Below, one piece after another: positions 27,721 through 40,405 of a stretch of 64,000 nt of DNA. Location of the stretch: assembly GCA_964016885.1 (NCBI GenBank), contig OZ024742.1, positions 173,848,001 to 173,912,000 on the forward strand, in the 5' to 3' direction. The stretch comes from Eledone cirrhosa (taxonomy: Eukaryota). Both the position numbers and the translations under genes were made by a program. The stretch's first letter is position 1; each line of letters opens with the position of its first letter. The notes below the pieces were generated by a model. The model saw nothing but the letters and a program-made list of their open reading frames with translations, ran no database searches and was not told the DNA's origin.

Positions 27721-29000
27721 TATGATAGTTGGAAGATCACTGATGAAGGACAAACTTTTTTCATATGTAACCTACTTGCAACTCCGCAGCGCCCTTATTA
27801 TCATATTTACACATATTTTTTCCTCTGCTGCTACACCGTCTTTTTCGTTTTATGTATCTTTACCCTTTCTAGCAGTCTCTCTCTCTCTGTTAGCCTCTTC
27901 CTCACCCTTCACTCACTCATTCTCTGCCACTACCTCTCCTCCTCCTCCTTATTCTTCCCGTTTGACCTGTGAGTAATTCTTTTCTCTCACATTCTCGGCC
28001 AAGCTGGTCGTAATTTTTTCTCTCTCGTCTACGATTTCTCAGAACTTATGTTTACCGAATTCGCCGACCAGACCCCTTCTTCCTCCCGTTAGACATGTGC
28101 AAAATTCCTTCCTTACATTTCAACCAGGTTTGATGGTCTTTATTCTCTCGTTCCCGATTTCACCGAACTTAAATTCATAGAAATCTGGGACTTGTCTCCT
28201 TCTTCCTCATTTTCTGTTGCTTCACCATTTTGTTTGTTTACCCTTGCGTCCCCTTTATTTACGTGTCCCAACGACTTTTTATAGCCGTTGCTCGCACCAA
28301 CCGGACGTATATGGTCTTTAAAGCGATGAAATGCCTATGATAGTTGGAAGATCACTGATGAAGGACAAACTTTTTTCCTATTTAACCCATTTGCAACTCC
28401 GCAGCGCCCTTATTATCATATTTACACATTTTTTCCTCTGCTGCTACACCGTCTTTTTCGTTCTATATATCTTTACCCTTTCTAGCAGTCTCTCTCTCTG
28501 TTAGCCTCTTCCTCACCCTTCACTCACTCATTCTCTGTCACTACCTCTCCTCCTCCTCTTTCTTCCCGTTTGACCTGTGAGTAATTCTTTTCTCTCACAT
28601 TCTCGGCCAAGCTGGTCGGAATTTTTTCTCTCTCGTCTACGATTTCACAGAACTTATGTTTACCGAATTCGCAGATCAGACCCCTTCTTCCTCCCATTAG
28701 ACCTGTGCTCACATTTCAACCAGGTTTGATGGTCTTTATTCTCTCGTTCACGATTTCACCGAACTTAAATTCATAGAAATCTGGGACTTGTCTCCTTCTT
28801 CCTCACTTTCTGTTGCTTCACCATTTTGTTTGTTTACCCTCGCGTCCCCTTTATTTACGTGTCCCAACGACTTTTATTAGCCGTTGCTCGCACCAACCGG
28901 AGGTATATGGTCTTTAAAGCGATGAAATGCCTATGATAGTTGGAAGATCACTGATGAAGGACAAACTTTTTTCATATGTAACCCATTTGCCCTTATTATC
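27721..29000. repeat. Tandem direct repeat, ~600-615-bp unit, about 2.1 copies (starts 27721, 28336, 28932), bounded by (TA)n
   Basis: tatgatagttggaagatcactgatgaaggacaaactttttt occurs three times, and units 1 and 2 are highly similar. Confidence 0.92.
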
Positions 29001-29055
29001 ATATATATATATATATATATATACTTACATATCTCTCTCTCTATATATATATATA

Positions 29056-29612
29056 AAGGATCGATCGACTTTCGTCACATCGGACCGAGGAAACAATGTT
29101 TTCGTCGGTCTTTCCAGTTGCTAATACTATCTATCGGTCGCAACTCCAGGTAGAAGGAGCAACGTGAAATAAAGTGTCTTGCTCAAGGACATAACGCATC
29201 GACCGGTCCAGGAATCGAACTCACAATCTCAAGATTGTGAATCCAATTCTCTAACCACTCAGCCATACGCCTACATACATATCTATCTTTCATCATCATT
29301 TCATTTTACGTCTGCTTTTCCCTGCTTGCAAGGCTGGGACGGGAACTGATTCTGGCTTGATTTCTACAGCTGGATGCCCTTCCTAACACCAACCCCATTT
29401 ACAGTGAGTGGTGGGTGCTTTTTTACCGTGGCACCTACACGGCCACTCTGCAGTGGAATGGGTCCCTATCATCTCATTTCTACAGCTGAGTAAACTGGAG
29501 CAATGTGAAATAAAGTGTCTTGCTCAAAGAAACAACACATCACCCGGTCTGAGAATTTAACTCACAACCTTTCGATTGCAAGGCCAATGCTCTAACCACT
29601 AAGCCATGTGCC
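29056..29612 (-). mobile_element. SINE B (29290-29612) and SINE A (29056-29272) copies
   Basis: Reverse-complement matches to 4146-4520 and 3928-4144. Confidence 0.8.
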
Positions 29613-29613
29613 T

Positions 29614-29716
<103 letters not shown>

Positions 29717-29771
29717 CATACATACATATCTATCTATCTATCTATCTATCTATATATATATACATATATAA

Positions 29772-31402
29772 GGCAAACAAAAGCAACACCAATGCCCTCT
29801 TTACTGTGAGACAATTACAGGAAAAGTACCTAGCAAAAAGTAAGCCACTCTACCTACCATTTGTTGATCTGGAGAAAGCTTTCAATAGAGTGCCTTGTGA
29901 CATAATTTGGTGGGCACTTGGAAAACTAGGAGTAGATGAGTGTCTTGTGGAGGCTGTACAAGCCGTGAACAGAGGAAGAGTCAGCAAAGTCAGGATTAAC
30001 AATGACAATAGCGAGGAATTTAGCATACAATTTGGCGTCCACCAGGGCTCTGTTCTAAGCCTGCTCCTGTTTATTATTGAATTGCAGGCTATAACAGAGG
30101 AGTTTAAGACTGGCTGCCCATAGGAATGTATGCATGTGGATGAATCTATGGTGGAACTAGAGGAAAAATTCCAAACATGGAAACAGAGCCTAGAAAGAAG
30201 GGGTCTTAAAGTCAACCTGACAAAGACTAAGGTCTTAGTAAGTAAAAGAGAAAACAGAACCCAGATCCCCTCAGGGAAATGGCCTTGTTCAGTATGTAGG
30301 AAAGGTGTAGGTAGAATCTCAATCCTATGCCCCATATGCGAACTATGGGTACACAAGAGATGTAGTGGCATCTGAGGCTGTTTAGCTAAGAATGTAGGCT
30401 TTATATGTAGCAGTTGCATTGGAACAGTAAGCAGTAAATGACCACAGGAAACAAGTGCTACCAAATTCTGGGAGGGCTCTGTGGAAGCAGTAGACAGCTT
30501 GTACTATTTAGGTAACCGAATTAGCACAGGTGGAGGGTGTTCTGAAAATACAGTAGCCAGAGTAAAAATGGGATGGTGAGCTACTACCACTGCTGGCTAC
30601 AAAATGTTCCTCCCTCAGAATGAAAGGCAGACTCTATGATGCATGTATAGAAATAGCTATGCTGCATGGTAGTTAGACTTGGGCGCTGTGTGCAGAAGAT
30701 TCGCGTAGATTGGAAATGAACTGAGAGAGAAACTAGGCATAAGAGGAATTGAATGCTGTGCAGGAGAGGAGATTGTGTTGGTATGGACATGTGATGCATA
30801 TGAAGGAAGACAGCTGCATAAAAATGTGCAGAGCACTCAAAGCGGAGGGAAGTCTTGGAGTGGGGAGAACCAAGAAGACTTGGGATGAAGTGATAAAAGC
30901 CGACCTTGCCCAATTGCACCTCTCAAAGTTGATGGCAGATGACCAGGATCTCTGGAAATATACTGTAATACAGAAGACCCAACTTCCCATGAGCACAAGC
31001 TGAAGCAACGCAACCCACCATCACATAAACCCCCAGGAGGACAGGCCAAAGTGGATGCATCCAGTTAAGACCACTAGCCCACACTGTAAAGTTGTGGTTA
31101 TGCTGACAAGACAAACCATGTCCTGCCCACTCTGTAAAGTAGTCATGTAGCTATCACAACAAAAAAATGCCCAGTCAACACTGTAAAGTGGCCGTGTAGG
31201 CATCACGTCACGACAAAAAGCATCCAGTATTCACTGTAAATTGAGGTTGCCATTAGGAAGGGCATACAGCTACAGAAACTAAGCCAGAACCAGACTGGTA
31301 TGAGCAACACATGGTCATCTGACCTGAGATTGCCCACAACAGGTCAACCCATCTAACGAATGCTAGCATGGAAATGGACGTAAGGCAGAGGGGATGATGA
31401 TA
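29772..31402 (+). mobile_element. Decayed RTE LINE (RT with Cys/His finger insert), 3' UTR with ~45-bp internal repeats, (GAT)n tail
   Basis: [35 protein letters not shown]...CPIC..WVHKRCSG; several stops and frameshifts. Confidence 0.9.
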
Positions 31403-31437
31403 TGTGTATATAAACACAAATATGTATATATAGACCA

Positions 31438-31475
<38 letters not shown>

Positions 31476-31803
31476 CATACAGCATATGTGTATATGTGTA
31501 TATATACATATATTTATATATATAAATATACATATATATATATATTTGTATGTATGTGTGTGTGTGTGAGTGTGTTTGTGTGTGTGTTATATTGGTCCCA
31601 TAAAACTTCCACTGTAAAGTTGTCGTGTAAAAGACATGGCAAAAAGCCCCCACCACTCACTGTAAATGTGGTTGGCGTAGAAAACTAGCCAGAAACAGTC
31701 CTATATAAGTGAGACATGGTCACCTGACCCAACTTGCATCTAAATGGGACAAACCCGTCTCACCCTTGCTAGCTTAGAAGATAGACAATAAACGATGATG
31801 ATG

Positions 31804-31850
<47 letters not shown>

Positions 31851-32074
31851 AATATAAATATTTATATACTTGCTCAATCGCAGCTCTCAAAGATAATGAC
31901 ACAGGACGGAGATCTCTGGCTTTATGCAGTAATTCAGAAAAAACGCCTTGCCATGTGCACTGGTTGCTGAAGCATATATATGGTAAGCACCACTCACAAC
32001 AGAACAACTCGTCTAACCCATGCTAGTGTGGAAAACGTTAAGCGGTGATGATACATACATATATATGTATATTG

Positions 32075-32460
32075 TAGACTCGAGAGAAATGAAGCAACCA
32101 TGTTTCATTGGCTGTGCAATGTAAATGTGAGAGAAAGGTAGAGCTTGGATTAGCTGAGAGAGAAGCTGGGCATAAAGGGAATCCAAGATGGCGTGCAGGA
32201 GCGAATACTGCATTGGTATGGACATTATATGTGCATGGACGATGACCGATGGGTGAAGAAATGCCAGGAAATCTCAGTGGAAAGAATCTGCAATAGAGGT
32301 GGACCAAAGCAGAGGTTGTGAGAATGGATCTCAAATCACCTAAACTGACAGAGGAGATGACAAACGACAGCAACAAGTGGAAAGATGCAATGCTGAGAAG
32401 AAACTGTCCATCCCATGCAAGTATGGGAAAGAGGACATAAAATCAATGATGATGATGATA
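32075..32460 (+). mobile_element. RTE LINE 3' fragment
   Basis: Decayed LERNEA / WYGH / DDRWVKKC motifs and a (GAT)n tail. Confidence 0.7.
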
Positions 32461-32786
32461 TCATCATCATCATCACTGTTTTGCGTCCGTTCTTCCACGC
32501 CAACATGGGTTAGACGGGTTGTCCTGTTGTGGGCAGTGTCTGGTCGGCTGACCATGTCTTGCTCATACAGGAACTGATTTGGCTTGATTTCTACAGCTGG
32601 ATGCCCTTCCTAACACCAACCTCATTTACAGTGAGTGCTGGGTGCTTTTTCGTGGCGCCTACACGTCCACTTTACAGTGTGGGCTGGGTGCTTTATTTGC
32701 CGTGGCACCTCCATGACCACCTTGCGGTGGGGTGTGTGGAGGCATATTGTCTATATGCTTCAGCTTGTACCCATGGGAGGTTGGGT

Positions 32787-32793
<7 letters not shown>
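32460..32793 (-). mobile_element. RTE 3'-UTR fragment, truncated at (TA)n
   Basis: (CAT)n tail and ctacagctggatgcccttcctaacaccaacc. Confidence 0.8.
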
Positions 32794-32878
<85 letters not shown>

Positions 32879-33704
32879 TCATTATTGTTTTTATGTAAAT
32901 TTGCATTTGTAAGAAATAAGTAAAAGGGTTTTTATTAGGAAAAGTATTTGATGGTGAGTAAAACATTGCTTCAAAGATTCCTCTCCAGCCCATGCCACCA
33001 TGGAAAAGTTGAGCAAAAACAATGACGATGATGATGATACATATACATATTTATATACATATATATATTTCTATACATATATTTAATATAGCAAGAAAGA
33101 AATACAAATAGAAGTTTGGGAGTGATGACTTTCAGCAAGAATGCACATGTGCTTTTTAGCTAACATGGACGTCTTAAGTGATATTACTAACACACTTTGG
33201 TATTTGCATAAGCATTTCAATTGTATATTCTACAGAGATATCTTCAAGTAAGTGTAAAATTGGTACCTACCAAATTAACAGTTTCAGAATAAATTCACTT
33301 TACAAAACACAAAATGTGAAATTATTCTTTCACACGTTTACTAAAATAAACAATACATAAATGACGAATAAGCTGCAAAAATAGTATTCAGTTTGGTGGA
33401 AAATTATATATTTTAAATCTTTTATTTTAAGTTTTTCTTGCCAAATGTTTACTAATTTGTTTGGGGGGTTTCATCGTTATTTCAGAATCTTTTTGGTGTT
33501 GTTGGTATTTTTCCTTAATAAAAAAAAAAGTAAAACACAATAAACAGTGTAAATGTGTGTAATTCAAAACTTGAATATGAAAAGTTTTATTCAAAACACT
33601 CTGTAAATAGTATTATCTAATGTCAGTACAGTATTTTGGTAAAGGTGTTCAAAATTGAAAGAAATATATATATAAATGTCTTCATATACATATATATATA
33701 TATT

Positions 33705-33792
<88 letters not shown>

Positions 33793-34928
33793 AATATATA
33801 TATAATTTCATTTTCTGAATAAAAGATGCTCTTATTCATTTTAGAATACATTTATGTATGTATGTTCTTCTGGTTTTATAATTTAACAAATTTTTACCAA
33901 TAGAGTCAGAGTCGGTTTCTAACATAGACACAAGACTCTCTCATTGGAATCTACACATCAACTAGGTAGATTATGTATGTATGTTCTTCTGGTTTTATAA
34001 TTTTACAAAGTTTTACCAATAGAGAGAGAGTCGGTTTCTAACATAGACACAAGACTCTCTTATTGGAATTTACACAACATCAACTAGGTAGATATGTATG
34101 TATGTCTGCATGCATGCAGACATACATACATATGTAGATATGGATGTTATTGTATGTGTGGATGTGGATGTTTTGAGTTGTATGTGTGCATGTGTATATG
34201 CTTTGTATCTGTACATGTGTATATGCAGTTATTAGATGCAGCATTTTTGGAATGTTTTACATATTTTTACTATTCCATTAATAGATTGTACTTGTAATTT
34301 CCTAACTAGTTTTGTTCTTTCTGTTCCTGTGAAGCCTAGCTTCTCAAGATTTGTATTGAGGCAGTTACTAACATATCCCAGTGCCCCAATAATCACAGGC
34401 ATAAATCTGAAGGTATAATCAGGGTGGAGTATCTGCAGATTTCTCATCAATTCTGCATAAATATTCTCCTTTTCACTAATCTTTGATATTATATTGGCAT
34501 CTGCTGGGCAGCTAATTTCCACTACTGTGCATGTTTTCTTCTCCCTGTCCCATACCATAATATCTGGTCTGTTATGCCTGCATTTTATTGGGGTTTTTAC
34601 TGGAACATTCCACCAGTACTCTTTCATATTATGTACATGGATGTCTTCCACATTGTTGTAGCTTTTAATGTGTTTATTATCGGGGCTATCTTTTTTACGA
34701 ACTGCATTGTACAGTGTTTTGGCCACTACATCATGCCTCATAGGTCGATAGTACCGCGATGACATCTTTGGGCAGCTGCTGATGACATGGGTGATATCCT
34801 CGATGTTAGTTCTGCAGAGTCTGCACTTGTTATCACATCTAGGTGTTTTTCCTGCATCCCTATCTCTTTTGTGAATCACGTATTTCGTGCTAATCTCCTG
34901 TTCTTGGATTGCAAAAGCGTATCCTTCA

Positions 34929-34996
<68 letters not shown>

Positions 34997-35200
34997 ATAT
35001 TTGGGGAGGGTCATATTTGCGTAATATTGCCAGAATTAATAACAGAACACACTCACTGTTTGGTTGGTTTTCGCTTCTCGCTGTCTTTTATATATATATA
35101 TCTGCGATCTAGCTTACTCGGTCCTCAATGTTGCCATTGACTGACCGGCGGTCAAAAATAGTACAGATACAATATAGACAAACACATATATATATAGTTT

Positions 35201-35240
35201 ACATAAATCTTTCGTTGCACATCTGCAACATCGTCAGTGG
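35201..35240 (-). ncRNA. Minimal type-I hammerhead motif in the PLE 3' repeat (stem I weak)
   Basis: CA-CUGACGA-U-GUUGCA GAUG UGCAAC-GAAA-GAUU-UA-UG. Confidence 0.65.
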
Positions 35241-35519
35241 TGTTATATTCATTGTTCCTCCTGTTGTGTTGTATGTCTACGCCATTTTTTTTGTTCAGTC
35301 TGTCTATATATTTATTTATTTATTTGCTTGTTTGTTTATCTTATTTTATTTTGTCTTCTTTGCGCATGCGTTTGCGTGTGTGTATAGTGTTATGTGTGAT
35401 GTGTGATGTGTGACTAGTGTGTATAGTGTTGTCTGCTGGGTGACTAGTGTGTGTTTATGTGCTTGTGTATGTATTTATTTATCTTATTTTATTTAATTTA
35501 ATTTAATTTACTTATTTAT

Positions 35520-37052
35520 TTATACTTCTCTTAGGTCAGTGTTGTTTGTTTGGGTGTTGTTGTTGTTCCACTCATTCTTTCTGTTTAGCTTTGGTCTTCT
35601 AATTTCTATTTCACTGGCCTCTCTGATTTGCCTATCTGCTGGGTCATTCCTATGTTTAGATATTATTCTAATTTCTATGTTGTCTATGTTACCGTCATGA
35701 TGTTGTCTAGCATGTTCGTATAGTACTGACCCGTTTTTTCGTCCTTTTAGTTCCCCCCAGTGTTGGTCTATCCTTTCACCTATGCTACGAGCTGTCTCAC
35801 CTATGTATGTTGTTGTCGTGTTTCTGCAAGTACCCTCTGTACATCTTATGCTATAGACTACGTTTCTAGTTTTACAGTTTATCCGGGGGTTCACCTTACA
35901 TATGATACATTTCCTATTGGTACAGTGGGTTTTCTTAAAAGGGTAGGTTTTGCTGATCAGGGATTTTATGGTGGTTCCTGGCTTTTCTACCACCTTTATT
36001 TTTAAGTGGGTCTTTCTCAGGGCCTTTCTACACTGGTTAGCTAATTTCCCTCCAGGGGTGGCGTCCACAAACATGACACTCTGATATCTCTGGTTGTCGT
36101 ACCATGATGTGGCCTTCCCTATCTTATGTCTAGCCCTATCTAAGCTATTCCATGATTTGCTCCTGTATAGTGGGCAAATTCCTTTCATGTCCAGTTCTAT
36201 GAGGGTCTTATACTTTTCCATGGCTCCTTCGTATACTCTGACTCTGTCTCTTTGGTTGTAGCCAGAGAACTGCATGCGGTTGATGAAGTGTTGGATGTGT
36301 CCTTCCATTTCTGTTGGGTCGCACATGCTGGACACATTCTTCATCACTCGTACCAAATCTGCGATCAGAATATTAAACTTAGCACTACTGGACATTGCTG
36401 AGTTTTTGAGTATCAGGTATTTGGAGGCCATGGGTTTAGCATAGTGTGAGTGGAGAATTTGGGCTCTCTCGTCTATAGTGTTAATCCAGAGTTCTGTGTC
36501 TAATACAGGTAGTCTATTGTTAGGGTGTTTGGAAGGGAAGTCTATAGTTACAGTTATACTCTGGTGTATGGAATTAGCTATCTGCTGGATGCTTTCCATC
36601 GTGCTACGTTCTAAATCAAACTTGTTAGTGCTGTCTAGTGGGGGTGTTCTTATAACTATATTGATATCGTCTACATAACGAGAGTACATGATGAGGTCTA
36701 TGGAGCTTTCATTAAGGAGATCTTTAAGTCTCCTTTCCCACCATACCATGAAAAGGTTGGCAACATCGCCAGCTATGCTGACGCCGATGGCTGCTCCCTC
36801 ATTTTGGGTGTAGATTTTCTCATTGAACTTAAATATGTGGCCCTTTAGGGTAGTTTTGATACTAGCCCCTATTGCATGTGCGACCATTTTTCTTACCTGA
36901 TCAGTGTTTTGGGGGGTCCGTATAGCTTTGGTCCACCCAATCCACCTTCCTATGGGAGTCTTTTTAGCCATTGAGGTTATGGTGGGGGGTCTACCTCTTA
37001 TAGGTCTACTAGGGCAGAAACATCTAAGGTCATGGCTGTCTAGGTAATTCAT
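35520..37052 (-). CDS. PLE reverse transcriptase (C-terminal part), Cys linker and GIY-YIG endonuclease; uninterrupted 510 aa
   Basis: [21 protein letters not shown]-x4-C-x2-C-x7-C linker, NVVYSIRC...[29 protein letters not shown]. Confidence 0.9.
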   Translation of the reverse strand: MNYLDSHDLRCFCPSRPIRGRPPTITSMAKKTPIGRWIGWTKAIRTPQNTDQVRKMVAHAIGASIKTTLKGHIFKFNEKIYTQNEGAAIGVSIAGDVANLFMVWWERRLKDLLNESSIDLIMYSRYVDDINIVIRTPPLDSTNKFDLERSTMESIQQIANSIHQSITVTIDFPSKHPNNRLPVLDTELWINTIDERAQILHSHYAKPMASKYLILKNSAMSSSAKFNILIADLVRVMKNVSSMCDPTEMEGHIQHFINRMQFSGYNQRDRVRVYEGAMEKYKTLIELDMKGICPLYRSKSWNSLDRARHKIGKATSWYDNQRYQSVMFVDATPGGKLANQCRKALRKTHLKIKVVEKPGTTIKSLISKTYPFKKTHCTNRKCIICKVNPRINCKTRNVVYSIRCTEGTCRNTTTTYIGETARSIGERIDQHWGELKGRKNGSVLYEHARQHHDGNIDNIEIRIISKHRNDPADRQIREASEIEIRRPKLNRKNEWNNNNTQTNNTDLREV

Positions 37053-37106
37053 CGCCGCTATATATATATATATATATATCTATATATATATATATATATA
37101 TATATA

Positions 37107-37140
<34 letters not shown>

Positions 37141-37147
<7 letters not shown>

Positions 37148-37412
37148 ACCCGACCTCCCATGAGTACAAGCTGAAGCATATAGACAATATGCCTCTACAC
37201 CCCCACCGCAAGGCGGTCATGGAGGTGCCACGGCAAATAAAGCACCCAGCCCACACTGTAAAGTGGACGTGTAGGCGCCACGAAAAAGCACCCACCACTC
37301 ACTGTAAATGAGGTTGGTGTTAGGAAGGGCATCCAGCTGTAGAAATCAAGCCAAATCAGTTCCTGTATGAGCAAGACATGGTCAGCCGGCCAGACACTGC
37401 CCACAACAGGAC
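37141..37412 (+). mobile_element. RTE 3'-UTR fragment; inverted duplicate of 32521-32793
   Basis: About 8 differences in ~272 bp, with the same truncation point. Confidence 0.85.
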
Positions 37413-39401
37413 AATATAGCGGTTGTTGGTCCAAGATAGACTACTTTCCTTATCTATGTTACTCTCACTCTGGAGCTTCCTGGCAACATATCCATGCATG
37501 ATTGTTTGCTGTTAGGCATGCAGTTTTTCATCCATGGATTCACTGCGATACTGCTGAGCGACATCCCTGGGTGTGAGTTTTTGATTATCACACAGGGAAT
37601 ATCTCTCAAGGAGTTGCTTCCCAACTCTCATGATCTTATCTATTTCATGCAGATAGACTTGCTCGAGAAGCGGGCTCCTACGCTTCGAGGTTCGTAGATG
37701 TTGTCGGAGAGATATGATGCAACATTCAAATGTTGTCTGGACTGATGTTAGGTCTTTACCTCCCTGCTTACGTTTCAAGTAAAGGCGGTCTATGTCACTG
37801 TTGATGTGGAAGTTCCGGTGTTGTTCAGTATTTTTCAAGTTCCAATATCAACTGCTCGGATTTCGTCTATCGTCCAATTGAGTATTCCAAACATTGGTGT
37901 TAGGACAGGCACAGCAAACACATTGTGAGCCACTGTTTTGTTTTGCGCAGAGACTTCCGATGACCAGATCTTTCTTAATCGGGTGTAGTATTCCCTGGTT
38001 ACGCGTTCTTTATTACAGATACCATTATAGGATATGTTCTCATCTATCCCCAGGTATCTGTAGCAGTCCTCATCAGATATCGGTGAAACAGTTAGACCAT
38101 TGATGACAATGTTGCTAGATTGGGTTGTTGTTTTTCCCCGCTTTACAGTCATGTATGAGCATTTATCTTGGCCAAACTCCATTCCTATATCCTTTGAGAA
38201 CGTTGTAACCAGGTCAAGATTTTTCTTCATCCCATCCATCTTCTTGGCATAGAGTTTCAGATCGTCCACAAAGAAATTGTGGGTTAGGTTTGTATTTCTG
38301 TCCTCCTGTGAGCCAATGATATATCCCTCACATTTCTTGAGCAGAAAGGACAAGGGGTTTAATGAACAATATCACAGAAAGACTGTCCCCCTGAAATATA
38401 CCCCTGCAATATTTTATTTTATCAGTGAAAATAGAGTCCTCCCTCTCTGTCTTTAACCTTAGGATAGTAGCCCAAGAAGAAGATAGCCTCTCTATGGCTC
38501 TGACAATAATGTCTAGGACTTTAGCAAGTTGGAGGGCCTCTATCATCCAAGAGTGGGGAACAGAATCGAAAGCTTTCTTGTAGTCCAGCCAGACTGTAGT
38601 CATATTCCTCCTAAGTTGTCGCACCTATGACATCGCAGTTTTGTTGATTAGGAGTTGTTCAGCACATCCCCAAACCCTTTTCTTTCCAGCTGCTTGTTCA
38701 TCTGTGATGATGTTATTATTTTCACAGTGATCTTGGAGGAATAGGTGGAGGCAGGCTGTATACATCTTATACATTAGGTTCTGGCATGCAATGGGTCGGT
38801 AGTTTTTTGCCAAGTGGGTATCTTTGTTCTTGGGGACCAGTAACGTTTGTGCTAATGTCAACCATTCTGGTATAAGTGTATCTCCCTTAAGAACTTGTTG
38901 GTAGAGGTCAGTAAGATACCTCCGATAGAATATTAGTTTTTTGTACCAGTAGCCGACAATCATGTGTCTTCCTGGTGTTTTCTTATCTTGGAGTTTTCCT
39001 ATCACAGTCTCAAGGGTACCCTCACTTATTTCGTATGTTTTTGTTGTAGTGTAGGAGCAATAGTTCTTTCAGATTTCTCTTAGCCACACTGCATCTTGGT
39101 TGAAATTCTTCTTTTCACCCCATATTTTTCTCCAAAAGGAATCTATGTCTTTCTGGGATGGGGCCTCGGTGACACTTATTATTTTGCCCTTCATATCTCC
39201 ATAGACTGATGTTTGGTTTCGTCTGAATCTTTTATTAAGCATTTTTCTCTCATCTACCTTCTTCAGGTATCGGCGTTTTTCGCTAACAGCTCTCAATTCT
39301 TGTTGAGGGTAATCAGCTTATATTGGAGAGTTCTGGGTCTACTGTTACCAAACATCGTCTCTATTTTATTTGTCACTCTTTGTTGGTGAGGAGTGAGTAT
39401 C

Positions 39402-40012
39402 TATGTATTTATGTATGTGTGTATGTATATTTGTGTGTATGTTTGAGTGTGTGTATGTATGTATGTATGTGTGTGTGTTTGGTGTATGCATGTATGATTG
39501 TACGTATGTATGTGTCTGTATATATGTATGTATATGTATATGTATGTGTGTGTATGTATGTATATGTATGTGTGTGTATGTATGTGTGTGTGTATGTATG
39601 TATATGTATGTGTGTGTATGTATGTATATGTATGTGTGTGTGTATGTATGTGTGTGTGTATGTATGCGCCTGCATACATGTATGTATGTATATGTATGTA
39701 TGTATATGTATGTGTGTGTATGTATATATGCATGTACATGTATGTATGTATATGTATGTGTGCGTATATATGTCTGTATGTTTGAGTGTCTGTATGTATG
39801 TATGTGTGAGTGTTTGTGTGTATGCACGTATGCTTGTACATATGTATGTATGTGTATATATGTATGTATATGTATGTATATGTATGTGTGTATGTATTTA
39901 TGTATGTATATATGTATGCACATATATATGTACATATGTACGATGGATGTATGAGTGTGTATATTTATGTATATGTATTTATATGTATGTATGTATCTAT
40001 CTATGCATGTAT
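39402..40012. repeat. Compound (TATG/TGTG)n microsatellite
   Basis: Seen directly; explains the CMYVCV ORFs. Confidence 0.95.
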
Positions 40013-40014
40013 CA

Positions 40015-40405
40015 TCATAATCATCATCATCATCATCACCGCTTTACGTCCGTTCTTCCTTGCTAACATGGGTTAGACAGATTGTCCTGTTGTGGGCAGT
40101 GTCAGGTCGGCTGACCATGCCTTGCTCATACAGGAACTGATTTTGGCTTGATTTCTACAGCTGGATGCCCTTCCTAACACCAACCTCATTTACAGTGAGT
40201 GCTGGGTGCTTTTTCCGTTGCGCCTACACGTCCACTTTAATGTGTGGGCTGGGTGCTTTTTTGCCGTGGCACCTCCACGACTACCTTGCAGTGGGAGGGT
40301 TTGGGGGCATATTGTCTATATGCTTCAGCTTGTACCCATGGGAGGTCGGGTACTCTGTATTACTGCGTGACGCCAGAGGTCACGGTCGTGTGTCATCAAT
40401 TTTGT
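40015..40405 (-). mobile_element. RTE 3'-UTR fragment
   Basis: Same family as 32460-32793, but extends past that copy's truncation point. Confidence 0.8.

Larger units (their letters stand above)
34991..37058 (-). mobile_element. 5'-truncated Penelope-like element (tentatively Nematis-like), flanked by (TA)n
   Basis: PLE RT plus GIY-YIG ORF. The 3' region carries a hammerhead motif and a terminus (attgttatatttggggagggtcat) related to 11124 and 43800. Confidence 0.88.
33852..39320 (-). mobile_element. R4/Dong-type non-LTR retrotransposon (RT plus REL endonuclease), frameshifted and split by a 2.5-kb insertion at 34933-37412; 3' UTR ends in a tandemly duplicated ~120-bp unit (33852-34092)
   Basis: NYRPIAC, EQLLINK, WLDYKKAFDSVPH, GIFQGDSLS, FVDDLKLY, YRYLGI, CRLC..HVISSC, RHD, NRPD..VVEISCP. 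The reading frame continues across the insertion (SLSWTNNRY | LEGYAFAIQEQEI). Confidence 0.9.
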
